Position numbers and translations under genes: made by a program
The notes under the pieces: model-generated
The model's input: the letters and a program-made list of their open reading frames with translations, nothing else
Databases searched by the model: none
What the model was told of the DNA's origin: nothing
NCBI GenBank assembly: GCA_041395165.1
Contig: JAWLBA010000001.1
Span: 136,068-200,067, forward strand
Length of the DNA stretch: 64,000 bases
Reading direction: 5' to 3'
Origin: Verrucomicrobiia bacterium
Lineage (GTDB): Bacteria; Verrucomicrobiota; Verrucomicrobiia; JADLBR01; JAIBCM01
Shown: in pieces, positions 39,448 through 50,388 of the stretch
Position numbering within the stretch: the first letter of the stretch is position 1
Layout of the letters: each line of letters starts with the position of its first letter

Positions 39448-40398
39448 ATGAGTCAAAAAATTGCTTTGCTGTTTTCTGGACAGGGCGCGCAAAAGGTGGG
39501 CATGGGCGCGGACTTGATGGATCAACCGATTTGTCGCGAGATTTTTGAAGAGGCGAATCGAATTTTGGGTTATGAATTGACTGAAGTTTGTTTCCAAGGA
39601 CCAGAAACTAAACTCACCGAAACGCGTTATTGTCAGCCCGCACTATATGTTCATGGCTTGGCTTGTTGGGCGGCGCTTCGGTCGAAAGTCAAGATAACTC
39701 CAAGTTTTGCTGCGGGATTGTCTTTGGGTGAATTTACTGCGCATGCGGCTGCGGGCAGTTTTAGTTTTTCGGAAGGGTTGAAATTAGTTTCTATTCGCGG
39801 TGCGGCGATGCAAAAAGCGTGTGAACAAAGTGCAGGAGGCATGGTTTCTTTAATTGGAGCGACTTCGGAACAAGCTCAGGAGATGGCTAAAAAATCGGAT
39901 GTGGATGTTGCGAATTATAATTGTCCCGGCCAAATTGTTTTATCTGGATTAAGTTCGAATTTGGAAGTTGTTCCAGCTTTAGCCAAGGAAATGGGGATTA
40001 AACGAGCATTACCCTTAAAAGTAGCGGGCGCTTACCACTCTCGTTTGATGCAACCGGCTCGTGAAGAATTAGCCCAAGCTTTGGCGGGTGTGTCTTGGGA
40101 AGAGCTACAGTTTCCTGTGGTAGCAAACTACACCGCACAATCGGTTTCCGATTCTCAAGCGATTGCCTCGTTGCTCTTAGAACAAGTGACAGGAAGCGTG
40201 CGTTGGGAGGAAAGCATTCGCTATTTGAAAGCACAAGGGGTGTCTCATTTTATTGAATTGGGGCCTGGTGAGGTCATAGCAGGATTGTTAAAGCGCATTG
40301 ATCCCGAGCTTCAAATCACTAGCATTTCGGATGCCGTGTCGCTTGAAAAAGGAATCGTTTGGGTAAAAGAAAATGTAGAAAAATTGGAAAAAGTTTAG
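39448..40398 (+). CDS. fabD: malonyl CoA-ACP transacylase
   Basis: FSGQGAQ, active-site GLSLGEF, and AGAYHS. ATG at 39448 preferred. Confidence 0.93.
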   Translation: MSQKIALLFSGQGAQKVGMGADLMDQPICREIFEEANRILGYELTEVCFQGPETKLTETRYCQPALYVHGLACWAALRSKVKITPSFAAGLSLGEFTAHAAAGSFSFSEGLKLVSIRGAAMQKACEQSAGGMVSLIGATSEQAQEMAKKSDVDVANYNCPGQIVLSGLSSNLEVVPALAKEMGIKRALPLKVAGAYHSRLMQPAREELAQALAGVSWEELQFPVVANYTAQSVSDSQAIASLLLEQVTGSVRWEESIRYLKAQGVSHFIELGPGEVIAGLLKRIDPELQITSISDAVSLEKGIVWVKENVEKLEKV

Positions 40399-40406
40399 GA
40401 GAAATC

Positions 40407-41147
40407 ATGAGATTAGCAGGAAAGACAGCGATTGTAACCGGAGCAGGACGAGGTATTGGCGCGGCGATTGCGAAAATTTTTGCTCAAGAAGGGGCAGATG
40501 TCGCTTGTGTGAGTCGCACGTTGGCCAATGCTGAAAAATCGGCTGATGAAATTCGCGCTTTAGGGCGAAAAGCGATTGCCTATGGGGTGGATGTTGCTAA
40601 TTTAGCTGAATCTGAAGTTGTCATAAGTAATATTCTCAAAGATTTTCCTACAGTAGATATTTTGGTCAATAACGCTGGGGTGACGCGGGATAAGCTTTTG
40701 ATGCGAATGAGCGAGGAGGATTGGGATACCGTGCTTAATACGAATCTCAAAGGCGCTTTTTTTTGGACCCGCGCAATTAGTCAGGTTATGGCGAAGCAAC
40801 GTTCCGGTCGATTGATTCATGTTTCGTCGGTTATCGCTTTGCGAGGCAATGCTGGGCAAGCGAATTATGCCGCATCCAAAGCGGGTTTGATCGGTTTTTC
40901 GAAATCGGTGGCTCGCGAATTTGCGGGACGCAGCATTACGTGTAATGTAATTGCGCCTGGCTTTATTGTGAGCGATATGACAGATGCCTTACCCGAAGGG
41001 ATTCGCAATAAAATTAAGGAAACCATTCCGCTTGGATTTTTCGGAGAGCCAAAAGACATCGCAGAAGCGGCGCTTTATTTGGCTTCCGAAGCAGGTCGGT
41101 ATGTGACGGGGCAGGTGTTAACGGTGGATGGTGGCATGGTGATGTAA
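40407..41147 (+). CDS. fabG: 3-oxoacyl-ACP reductase
   Basis: TGAGRGIG, NNAG and YAASKAG (SDR catalytic Y-x3-K). Lies in the fab cluster. Confidence 0.93.
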   Translation: MRLAGKTAIVTGAGRGIGAAIAKIFAQEGADVACVSRTLANAEKSADEIRALGRKAIAYGVDVANLAESEVVISNILKDFPTVDILVNNAGVTRDKLLMRMSEEDWDTVLNTNLKGAFFWTRAISQVMAKQRSGRLIHVSSVIALRGNAGQANYAASKAGLIGFSKSVAREFAGRSITCNVIAPGFIVSDMTDALPEGIRNKIKETIPLGFFGEPKDIAEAALYLASEAGRYVTGQVLTVDGGMVM

Positions 41148-41235
41148 AAACTTTTTTTAAAAAAAATGAAAAAAACGATTGCCAAATCCATTGAAAAGAC
41201 GCAATAACCCGCTAAGTAAAAACTAGGAGATAACT

Positions 41236-41481
41236 ATGGCAGATAAGACACTCGAAGAAAGAGTTAAAGAAATTATTGTAGAACAGCTTGGCGTGAATGC
41301 TGAGCAGGTCGTTCCCGAAGCGAAGTTCATTGAGGATTTGGGCGCGGATTCTTTGGACACCGTTGAATTGGTAATGGCGTTCGAAGAAGAGTTTGGCGTG
41401 GAAGTGCCTGATGAAGACGCTGAAAAATTGCAAACCGTAGGTAACGTAGTGGATTACTTGCGAGATAAAGCGGAAAAATAA
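41236..41481 (+). CDS. acpP: acyl carrier protein
   Basis: Phosphopantetheine site [14 protein letters not shown]. Size is 81 aa. Confidence 0.96.
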   Translation: MADKTLEERVKEIIVEQLGVNAEQVVPEAKFIEDLGADSLDTVELVMAFEEEFGVEVPDEDAEKLQTVGNVVDYLRDKAEK

Positions 41482-41534
41482 TTGCCCTTAGCAATTTTCA
41501 AAATTTCAACCCTTTTATCCGTTAGACTCTCATC

Positions 41535-42779
41535 ATGAGTGGAAGACGTGTTGTTGTGACGGGACTTGGTGCGGTAACGCCTCTGGGCAATACTGTTGCT
41601 GAGTTTTGGTCTGCATTAGCTCAAGGCAAAAGTGGGATTGATAAAATCCAGGCTTTTGATGTTTCGGCTTATGATTGTCAAATCGCTGGTGAGATAAAAG
41701 GGTTTAATCCTGTTGCTGCTTTTAAAAATCCTAAAGAAGTCAAACGCACCGATCGCTATACTCAAGTGGCGATGGCTGCTGCAAAAGAAGCGGTGCAAGA
41801 AGCGGGTTTATTAAGCGGCAATTTGAATTTGGATCGCATCGGTGTTTTGGTAGGTTCTGGTATTGGTGGCTTAGGAACTTTGGAGGCTCAGCATACCGTG
41901 CTCATGCAAAAGGGGCCTGGTCGATTATCGCCTTTTTTGATTCCGATGCTAATTAGCAACATCGCCTCCGGATTGATCTCGATGGAATACGGATTTCGTG
42001 GTCCTAATTTTGCGGTGGTTACGGCTTGTGCAACTTCGGGTCAGTCAGTCGGTGAAGCATGGCGCGTGATTCGAGATGATGATGCGGATGTGATTGTGGC
42101 AGGTGGTAGCGAATCGACTATTTGTCCCATGGCGGTAGGCGGATTTGGTGCGATGCGTGCATTAAGCACTCGCAATGATGAACCGCAACGGGCTTCGCGA
42201 CCTTTTGATAAAGCGCGAGACGGTTTTGTCATGGCTGAGGGAGCCGGGGTGATGGTTTTAGAAGAGTTGGAACATGCTAAACGACGTGGCGCATAAATTT
42301 ATGGTGAAATTATTGGCTATGGACAGAGTGCTGATGCGCACCATATGACAGCTCCTTCGCCGGAAGGTGCGGGCGCTGCGTTAGCCATGCAAAATGCTTT
42401 GAAACGCGCTCAGATCAATCCAGAAGCTGTCGACTATATTAATGCTCATGGCACATCGACGCCGCAAGGCGATGTTTGTGAAACTCAAGCTGTGAAAAAA
42501 GTTTTTGGCGAGCATGCCAAAAAAGTGATGGTCTCTTCGACCAAATCGATGACGGGCCATCTTTTGGGTGCTGCAGGAGCGGTAGAGTTGGCGATTTGCG
42601 TGAAAGCAATTGAAACAGGAATCGTTCCTCCTACAATTAATTTGGACGATCCCGATCCTGAATGCGATTTGGATTATGTTCCTCACAAAGCTAGAGAGGC
42701 TAAAATCGATGTGGCGATGAGCAATTCGTTTGGATTTGGGGGTCATAATTGTTCGCTTTTAGTCAAACGTTACGCTTAA
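41535..42779 (+). pseudogene. fabF: 3-oxoacyl-ACP synthase II with an in-frame TAA at 42294-42296 (possibly a sequencing error)
   Basis: ORF 41535-42296 ends ..EHAKRRGA*. The same frame continues [43 protein letters not shown]. The stop sits where remembered FabF sequences have Lys (RGAKIY). Confidence 0.88.
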
Positions 42780-42834
42780 AATTAAAAATTCGCTTGTTTC
42801 TCAATTAAAAGCGCGCAAAATAAAAGAATCATTC

Positions 42835-42910
<76 letters not shown>

Positions 42911-42935
42911 ATTTATCAATTTAATTTGTTTATCC

Positions 42936-44885
42936 ATGCTCACGCTTTCTCAAGTTTCTAAGTCTTTTGGCGCGCGCACTCTGTTTGAAGAGGTTTCTTT
43001 GACAGTAAATGATGGGGATCGCTTTGCGTTAGTGGGCGCAAATGGCGCTGGAAAATCCACACTTTTTTCTATTATTCTACAAAATCAAGAGCCTGACTCG
43101 GGGGCCGTTATTTTAGATCGTAATGCTAATTTGGGTTACCTTCCGCAAGAAACTGCAGTGGCGACGGATGAAACGGTTTTAGAACTCGCTACGGCTATTA
43201 CACCAGAACACGGTCGTTTGCGGAGAATTTTAAATGAAGGCGATCGCACGGGACAGATCGACACCGAAGAATATCATAATGCTCAAGGCGCTTACGCCGA
43301 AATAGGCGGATTTCAACTAGATCCTAAAGCTAAACGTATTTTGAAAGGCTTGGCTTTTCGGGAGAGTGATTTTGATCGTCTTGCGCGCACAATGAGCGGA
43401 GGGTGGGTGATGCGGGCGCATTTGGCTCGTTTACTAGTCATGGAACCAAGTTTACTTATGCTCGATGAACCGACTAACCATCTCGATCTTGAATCGCTCG
43501 GTTGGTTTCAAAATTATCTTCAAACTTATCCCGGTGCTATCCTCATGATTTCGCACGATCGCGCTTTTATTAATGCTTTGGTGGATGGCATTCTTGAACT
43601 GCGAAATCGCAAACTAAATAAATATCGCGGAAACTACGATGATTACTTAACCGAACGCGCTGCGCGCGAAGCTCAACAACTAGCGGCTTATAAAAATCAA
43701 CAAGACGAAATTCAGCGTTTGCAACAATTTGCCGATCGGTTCCGCGCGAAAGCCAGCAAAGCCTCTCAGGCTCAAAGCAAACTGAAACAGATCGAGCGCA
43801 TGGAGAAAATTGAAGCGCCTGAATCAGCCGATAGACGCGTCAAAATCAAATTTCCACAGCCCCCACGCAGTGGCCAACATGTTATCACTTTGGAAAATAT
43901 TCACTTTGCTTACGGCGATTTAAAAGTTTATCAAGACATCCATTTTGAAGCGGAACGCGGTCAACGCACTGTATTTGTTGGTCCAAATGGAGCAGGCAAA
44001 TCAACCTTACTTAAAATTTTAGGTGGTCAACTGACGCCTCAACAAGGCACACGCAAATTAGGACACAACACTCATGTTGGTTATTTTTCACAAAATCGCG
44101 TTGAGATGTTGAACCCTAAAAAAACGGTTTTGGAAGAAGTGATGAGCATTCCTCATCCTGTGCCCGAAGTTCAAGCTCGCACGGTGCTCGGCTCATTTCT
44201 CTTTTCCGGTGACGACGCTTATAAAAAAACTAGCGTGTTATCGGGTGGAGAAAAATCGCGCCTCGCTTTGGTAAAACTTTTATTAAACCCACCCAATCTT
44301 TTGCTGATGGACGAGCCAACCACTCACTTGGATATGGCGAGTATTGATTCTTTGATTGATGCCCTTCACCAATTTCAAGGAACGCTCCTTTTTATTAGCC
44401 ACGATGTTCACTTTATTCGTTCCATTGCTAAAACTGTTTTGCATATTAGCGCTGGTGTGCCCACTTTCTATGCTGGCAACTACGATTATTTCTTGGAAAA
44501 AACCAAAGCAGTTTCAGAGCGTCATGCCTTAGTGGCTGGCGAAAAATTGAGCGATTCGCGTCCGGATGAAGTTGTTGCTGAACCCAAACCCAAAACTTCT
44601 CTGTTCAAAACCAAAGAACAAAAACGTCAAGAAGCTCAAGAACGACAAGCGCGTGCCGCTGAACGCAAAAAAGCTCAAGCCGACTTTAACCGTTTAGAAC
44701 AAGAAATTGCCCAGCACGAAACGCGCCAAAAAGAAATCACTGTTCTTTTAGAAAAACCAGAAACTTACGCTGACAAGAACGAATTCATGAAACTTAATCG
44801 TGAACTTGTTAGTATAGCAGAAAAATTAGAAACTCTTCATCAGCAGTGGAACGAAGCGGCTGTAGCCGTGGAAACGAACGTCTAG
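42936..44885 (+). CDS. ABC-F family ATPase (two ABC domains, C-terminal coiled coil)
   Basis: Two Walker A motifs (GANGAGKST, GPNGAGKST), two signature motifs (MSGGW, LSGGEK), and no TM domain. Confidence 0.92.
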   Translation: MLTLSQVSKSFGARTLFEEVSLTVNDGDRFALVGANGAGKSTLFSIILQNQEPDSGAVILDRNANLGYLPQETAVATDETVLELATAITPEHGRLRRILNEGDRTGQIDTEEYHNAQGAYAEIGGFQLDPKAKRILKGLAFRESDFDRLARTMSGGWVMRAHLARLLVMEPSLLMLDEPTNHLDLESLGWFQNYLQTYPGAILMISHDRAFINALVDGILELRNRKLNKYRGNYDDYLTERAAREAQQLAAYKNQQDEIQRLQQFADRFRAKASKASQAQSKLKQIERMEKIEAPESADRRVKIKFPQPPRSGQHVITLENIHFAYGDLKVYQDIHFEAERGQRTVFVGPNGAGKSTLLKILGGQLTPQQGTRKLGHNTHVGYFSQNRVEMLNPKKTVLEEVMSIPHPVPEVQARTVLGSFLFSGDDAYKKTSVLSGGEKSRLALVKLLLNPPNLLLMDEPTTHLDMASIDSLIDALHQFQGTLLFISHDVHFIRSIAKTVLHISAGVPTFYAGNYDYFLEKTKAVSERHALVAGEKLSDSRPDEVVAEPKPKTSLFKTKEQKRQEAQERQARAAERKKAQADFNRLEQEIAQHETRQKEITVLLEKPETYADKNEFMKLNRELVSIAEKLETLHQQWNEAAVAVETNV

Positions 44886-44899
44886 GAAGTTTTAGAATT

Positions 44900-45655
44900 T
44901 AGCCTCGGCAAAGTTGTAGTTATGTTGTTTTAAAAGTTTTTGTAAGCTATACTCGCCAACCAAATGTGAATGCGCCGATTGTAATAAGAGAGTTAACTGC
45001 GTTTAATAATTATGTAAAATTTTGGTTAACTTTTGAACGATCTTTAATATGTAAATGAAATGTTACTGCGTAATACAGATAGTAATGCATTTTAAGCACA
45101 TCTTCCAATGAATCTTAATATTTTTAATTTCCACGCTTCATAAAGCTGATTGAAAATCTTAATAGGACGTCTGGGATCGAAATAATAAATTCGAGTTGAA
45201 ATTTGTTCTGAAATTGGTATTAATCAAAACCTAGGTCTTCCATTGATCAAGAAAGGCATAGACTTGCTATTTTTGTTTTGCGACATTTTGCAGTTGAAGA
45301 TCTATGCCTATTTCGGCAAATTGCCATCATTCTTAGCATTAAGTAATTGACTGAGTAATTGTGATACTCGCCAAATCTTTAAAGGAAGTAAAAGTTTGTA
45401 TGCAATCCCAGTATTTTTACAAAGACAAGCAAGCGCATTTAGTAATGATATAGGAACATGTTGCTCAAGTGTTTCATTGTTTGGATAACGAAAAAAATTT
45501 GGTTCAGTGAAATTATCTGAATTAGACTCAAAGACACAATTATCAGAAACCTCTAAAATATTGTTGATGTATGAAGGTAAAGCGGCTGCATCTTTGGGTA
45601 ACATGTGTATTGAACCACAAATAAATACTTTAGTATTTAGGATATTGTATAACAT
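44900..45655 (-). pseudogene. TraB/GumN family protein remnant
   Basis: ORF 45308-45655 has the family N-terminus (ICGSIHMLP ... PLKIW). The continuation GIDLQLQNVAKQK*QVYAFLDQW lies in another frame with stops. The lower boundary is approximate. Confidence 0.55.
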
Positions 45656-46195
45656 TTATTGATAATACGGCGAAATCATCAAATAAACGATGACACCGGT
45701 GATGCTAACGTAGAGCCAAAGGGGCATGGTCCAGTGAGCGATTGTGCGATGTTTTTCGACTTGGTTATGAATGCCGCGAAAGAAGGTAACGAGGGCCAGG
45801 GGGACAATCACCATGGCGAGAATGACGTGGGTAATGAGAATAAAATAGTAAAGGGTTGCCATGATACCCGTACCGCCGTAACGAGTGGTTTCCGCTAAAA
45901 AATGATAAACTAAATAAGTGATGAGAAAAAGTGCCGTGGTGATGAAAGCGCCGATGATAAAGTAGAAGTGAAGTCGGACTTGTTTTTTGAGGATGGCAAA
46001 TAAAGCAGCGAATAAAAAAACGGTGGTGAAGCTGTTAAGGATGGCATTAATTTTAGGAAGAATTCGAAGATCAAAGCCAACCTTTCCTTGATAACCTTCA
46101 GTAAAGAAGAGGTAGGCTACTGCACCATTAATGATTAAAGTGAGAAGAATTACCCAGCGTCCGTAAGCGGGACCCGGTTTAGTGTTTTCCATCAT
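45656..46195 (-). CDS. DUF420 family membrane protein
   Basis: Four or five TM segments, and size and pattern that I associate with DUF420. Confidence 0.6.
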   Translation of the reverse strand: MMENTKPGPAYGRWVILLTLIINGAVAYLFFTEGYQGKVGFDLRILPKINAILNSFTTVFLFAALFAILKKQVRLHFYFIIGAFITTALFLITYLVYHFLAETTRYGGTGIMATLYYFILITHVILAMVIVPLALVTFFRGIHNQVEKHRTIAHWTMPLWLYVSITGVIVYLMISPYYQ

Positions 46196-46268
46196 AGATC
46201 AACTATATTTGAAATTATTTTTAAAATCCAATCTCTTTGCAAAATTTAGTGGAATGAGAAAAAAATGA

Positions 46269-46703
46269 CTATTTTTTTCTAGGTAAAAAAATGTTGCCGA
46301 TGATCGCGCCTTTTTGCTTTTCGAAAATTACAAAAATAATAGAAAAAGGGCCTGTATTGATGACGCTGTCTTCGTACGAGGGAGCATTTTTATAGAGCAC
46401 GACAGTTTCGGGTGTGTTAGGAGTTTTTTGTCGGTAAATTCCAGAGGCAAGAAAATCGGATGTTTTGAGTGAAAGATCGGTTACTTTTTGTTCGAAATTA
46501 ACGGTTAAAACTCCTTCTGTGTCGCCGCCTACATCGCCGGAATAGGTGCCATTATATTTTTTTCGATCGTTTTCTTTCCATAATTTAAAATCTTTTGCGG
46601 AGACGATATCCGTTGCTACGAGCACTTCCGAAGGAATGGGTGATTGAGGTTCGGCCAAAGCGCTGAGGGTTAAGCCAAGTAAACAAAATAGAAATGTTTT
46701 CAT
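46269..46703 (-). CDS. hypothetical secreted protein (144 aa)
   Basis: Signal peptide MKTFLFCLLGLTLSALA. No motif recognised. Confidence 0.5.
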   Translation of the reverse strand: MKTFLFCLLGLTLSALAEPQSPIPSEVLVATDIVSAKDFKLWKENDRKKYNGTYSGDVGGDTEGVLTVNFEQKVTDLSLKTSDFLASGIYRQKTPNTPETVVLYKNAPSYEDSVINTGPFSIIFVIFEKQKGAIIGNIFLPRKK

Positions 46704-46722
46704 GATTTTAAAATTGTTATTT

Positions 46723-47538
46723 TTATCTCAAGGGTAGTAACACATTGGCGCCACCTTGAGAAACCACAACGCTTTGAGGCGATTGACCGTTCCAGCGTTT
46801 GGCAATTTCTAGATCAACCACGCGAGGGCTATTTGCTAATGCTTCGCCTTTGATACGAACCGCTTCAGCCTCAGCTTTGGCATTGACGATGGTAATTTCA
46901 GCATCGCGTTGTGCTTTTTGGAGTTCGTAAACTTTGGCGAGTGCTTGTTGTTCGGTGACTTGTTTTAATTCGATAGCGCGTTCTAATTCATCAGTAAGAT
47001 CGATGTTGGTAATGGGAACATCTCTCACATCGACCAATCCGGCCAATTCTTGTTGTAGTTTGAGTAGGGCGGTTTGCTTTATTTTTTCACGATTTTTTAC
47101 GACGTCTTCTGCGCGAAATTGTGCCGTGACTTGTTTGATGGCTTCTTGCAACCGAGGTTCAACCAGGGTGTGATAAGGATCGCCTGCGAATTGTTGGTAA
47201 AGTTCGACGACTTTACTTTCAGGTAAGCGATAAAGAACTGAGTAAGCAATGTTAACCGTTTGTAAATCGGAGGAAAAACAGCTTGTTGTTCCGCTCACGG
47301 TAAGTTGTTGAATGGGCACCTTAATAATCGTTTCAACAAACGGTCGTTTAAAAGTAAATCCCTCAGGTAGAGCGCTAGGATTCACTTTACCTAGAATGAC
47401 TGAAACTCCGCGATGGCCTGGAGGAATAATTGCCCAACAACTTAATAAAAAGCCAAGAGCCGCTAGCAATACAATAATTGAAAAAATAGTAATGATAATA
47501 AATTTAGCACTGCTATTTTGATTTTGAGTATATTCCAT
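46723..47538 (-). CDS. SPFH/Band 7 (prohibitin-like) domain protein
   Basis: N-terminal TM segment, then PGHRGV..LGKV, followed by an Ala/Glu-rich coiled coil typical of SPFH proteins. Confidence 0.85.
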   Translation of the reverse strand: MEYTQNQNSSAKFIIITIFSIIVLLAALGFLLSCWAIIPPGHRGVSVILGKVNPSALPEGFTFKRPFVETIIKVPIQQLTVSGTTSCFSSDLQTVNIAYSVLYRLPESKVVELYQQFAGDPYHTLVEPRLQEAIKQVTAQFRAEDVVKNREKIKQTALLKLQQELAGLVDVRDVPITNIDLTDELERAIELKQVTEQQALAKVYELQKAQRDAEITIVNAKAEAEAVRIKGEALANSPRVVDLEIAKRWNGQSPQSVVVSQGGANVLLPLR

Positions 47539-47611
47539 AAGTTTTTTCCTGGTTGGTTTAACGACTTTTATTTATTATCGGAATACTGGATTTAGTCACG
47601 TGTGATTCAAT

Positions 47612-47646
47612 AAAAAAGGCGCATTTAAAAAATGCGCCCTTTTTTC
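47612..47646. terminator. bidirectional rho-independent terminator
   Basis: aaaaaaggcgcat..atgcgcccttttt: a GC stem flanked by an A run and a T run. Confidence 0.75.
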
Positions 47647-47662
47647 GAAAGGTTGCTTGATA

Positions 47663-48196
47663 TTAGTTGGTTGGGATAGAATTAGTATAAGTATTGGTGT
47701 GAGTGTTGGTGGAATGAATGATAATTTTAGGATATTTAATCTCAATTGATTTCAGATTTTTTTTAAGTTCTTCATACTCGCGTTTGGTGGGTTCGAGCAG
47801 ATTTTCATCGGCAGCCTTTTGTAATTTGATCGCTGATTTTTCAATGTCATTCAAAGCTTCTTCGAAGTTTTTGCTTTGTTCTTGAGCGATTTGGACGCTG
47901 TTGGTGCGCAAATAAATAAGACCTGAATTGATTTCGCGGTGTAAATCTTTAATGGGGGTGAAATTAGTGGAAGTAATAAAATCGCCAATTTTATCGGCGG
48001 CGTTTTGTACAGATTGCCACGCTTGGTAGAGCGCGGGATAGACGATTACGTGATTAGTGGATTCGGAATAGGAATCGGGTTTGTCGTATTCATCCGGTGC
48101 GCCTAAAACTGGATGAGACGGGAATAAAAACGCGAACAACGACAAACTGACAATAGCGAGGGAGATTTTCATAGGATGTTTCTTGGAGTTATTCAT
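47663..48196 (-). CDS. hypothetical secreted helical protein (177 aa) downstream of copA
   Basis: Signal peptide, helical body, and a His/Thr/Asn-rich tail (HSTNTHTNTYTNS). Confidence 0.5.
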   Translation of the reverse strand: MNNSKKHPMKISLAIVSLSLFAFLFPSHPVLGAPDEYDKPDSYSESTNHVIVYPALYQAWQSVQNAADKIGDFITSTNFTPIKDLHREINSGLIYLRTNSVQIAQEQSKNFEEALNDIEKSAIKLQKAADENLLEPTKREYEELKKNLKSIEIKYPKIIIHSTNTHTNTYTNSIPTN

Positions 48197-48220
48197 GGTT
48201 GATGTTTTGTTTCTTTATTT

Positions 48221-50374
48221 TCAACATGCATCAAATCGCTTTAAACGCAAACTGTTGACGATAACCGACACGCTACTAAGAGCCATGGCAGCGCTTGCAA
48301 ACATGGGGTTCAGTAATAACCCAAATTTAGGATAAAGCACACCCGCTGCGAGGGGAATGCCAAGGGCATTATAAATGAAAGCAAAGATGAGATTTTGTCG
48401 GATATTGCGCATGGTCATGCGACTTAAAGCAATCGCTTGAGAAATTTTTTGCAAATCACCTTTTACTAAGGTGACACCTGCGCTTTCAATTGCGACATCT
48501 GTGCCGGTTCCCATAGCAATGCCCACATCAGCTGAGGCGAGTGCAGGAGCATCATTCACGCCATCGCCGGCCATGGCCACGCATTCGCCTCTTGCTTTTA
48601 ACGCCTGTATTTTATCTTGTTTGTCGCGTGGGCTGATGTCTGCGATCACCTCATTAATGTTGAGTTGTTTGGCCACTTGTTGAGCTGCTTGCACATTGTC
48701 ACCTGTAAGCATGACAATTTTCAAATTCAGATCATGCAAAGCTTCAATAGCAGATTGCGTGGTGGATTTTAGCGAATCGTTTAAAGCGATCGCTCCTTTA
48801 ATGTGATCTTGGGTTCCGACAAAGATAATCGTGCTCCCTTGTTTTTGTAATGAACGGATTGTTTCGTTATCAAAATTTTTTGTGAAAAGAGACATTTTGC
48901 CTACTCGGATAAGTTGTCCTTGAATATTTCCCTCAACACCACTACCCGAGATTGATTGAAATTTGCTGACCGATGCTAAGGCGAGACTTTTTTCTTTAGC
49001 GGCTTGAACGATAGCGCCTGCTAGCGGATGTTCGCTATGGATTTCAAGTGAGGCAGCCCATGTTAAAATTTCTTGTTCTGTAGCGCCCTCGAAAGGAATA
49101 ATCTGAGTCACACTCGGCTTGCCTTCTGTTAATGTGCCAGTTTTATCAATCACTAGCGTTTTTACTTTTTCCAATGTTTCTAAGGACTCCGCATTTTTAA
49201 TTAAGATGCCAAGTTGTGCGCCGCGTCCCACGCCCACCATAATGGACATCGGAGTTGCTAAACCTAAAGCGCAAGGGCAAGCAATAATTAAAACGGCCAC
49301 GGCATTAATTAACCCATAAGCTAAACGCGGCTCCGGTCCCCAAAGAAACCAAGCCACAAATGTGATGGCGGCAATAAACATCACAGTTGGCACGAACCAG
49401 GAAGCCACAATATCGGCCAATCGTTGAATGGGAGCGCGACTTCGCTGTGCCTCAGAAACCATTTTTATAATTTGTGCTAATAGAGTTTCGCTGCCCACGC
49501 GTTTGGCTTTCATTACAAAACTTCCTGAGCCATTAACTGTGCCTGCGGTTACAGAATTTCCGGTTTCCTTTAAAACAGGAATGGGTTCGCCTGTTATCAT
49601 TGATTCATCAACCGAGCTGGCGCCGTTTGTGACCTCTCCATCTACGGGAATTTTTTCACCGGGTTTGACTCGCAAAAGATCGCCCACTTTAACTTGTTCT
49701 AAAGCAATATTTTTTTCATGATCTTCTTGAAGGCGATGAGCAATTAATGGGGCAAGATTGAGCAAGGCTCGAATAGCGGCTCCAGTTCCTGCGCGCGCTT
49801 TCAATTCCAAGACTTGACCCAACAAAACTAAAACTGTTATTACCGCTGCGGCTTCGAAATAAAGGGCGATTTCACCTTGGTGCTGAAATGATTCTGGGAG
49901 TAAATCGGAAGCAAAAAAGGCAACCGCGCTGTAGCTATATGCCGCACTGACTCCTAAAGCGATTAAGGTAAACATGTTTAAACTGCGATGAATTAAGGAT
50001 TGCCAAGCGCGAACAAAAAAAGGCCAGCCAGCCCAAAAAACAACAGGCGTGCTGAGAAGAAATTGAATCCCATGCGAAACAGGTTTGGGAATCATCGGTA
50101 GCCAGTGTGATCCCATTGCTAAAACGAAAACAGGAATGGTCAACATGGCTCCAATCCAGAAACGGCGAGACATTTCTTTTGCCTCTTGATTGTTTTCTTC
50201 AGAGGGAGGCGAGGGAGACATGGGCTCCAAAGCCATGCCGCATTTGGGACAAGAACCGGGATGATCCTGTTGCACTTCGGGATGCATGGGACAAGTCCAG
50301 ATTGAGTCTAACAAATGAGTGGGAGGGTGCGATTTTTTTTCGTGCGAATGACAACAGGAATGTGACATGAACAA
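48221..50374 (-). CDS. copA: copper-translocating P1B-type ATPase
   Basis: CPC in TM6, [15 protein letters not shown], and an N-terminal Cys/His-rich region with CPMHPE...CPKCGMAL. Confidence 0.93.
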   Translation of the reverse strand: MFMSHSCCHSHEKKSHPPTHLLDSIWTCPMHPEVQQDHPGSCPKCGMALEPMSPSPPSEENNQEAKEMSRRFWIGAMLTIPVFVLAMGSHWLPMIPKPVSHGIQFLLSTPVVFWAGWPFFVRAWQSLIHRSLNMFTLIALGVSAAYSYSAVAFFASDLLPESFQHQGEIALYFEAAAVITVLVLLGQVLELKARAGTGAAIRALLNLAPLIAHRLQEDHEKNIALEQVKVGDLLRVKPGEKIPVDGEVTNGASSVDESMITGEPIPVLKETGNSVTAGTVNGSGSFVMKAKRVGSETLLAQIIKMVSEAQRSRAPIQRLADIVASWFVPTVMFIAAITFVAWFLWGPEPRLAYGLINAVAVLIIACPCALGLATPMSIMVGVGRGAQLGILIKNAESLETLEKVKTLVIDKTGTLTEGKPSVTQIIPFEGATEQEILTWAASLEIHSEHPLAGAIVQAAKEKSLALASVSKFQSISGSGVEGNIQGQLIRVGKMSLFTKNFDNETIRSLQKQGSTIIFVGTQDHIKGAIALNDSLKSTTQSAIEALHDLNLKIVMLTGDNVQAAQQVAKQLNINEVIADISPRDKQDKIQALKARGECVAMAGDGVNDAPALASADVGIAMGTGTDVAIESAGVTLVKGDLQKISQAIALSRMTMRNIRQNLIFAFIYNALGIPLAAGVLYPKFGLLLNPMFASAAMALSSVSVIVNSLRLKRFDAC

Positions 50375-50388
50375 TAAATTATAGCACT

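Noticed and set aside
33922-42296. In-frame TAA/TAG codons in fabF, the AsmA-like gene and P3 as evidence of stop-codon reassignment.
   Set aside because: TAA, TAG and TGA all terminate intact conserved genes at their expected C-termini (for example acpP and fabG end in TAA, trpB and ftsH in TGA, GIY-YIG in TAG). None of the three tRNAs seen is a suppressor. Isolated lesions or errors are the simpler explanation.
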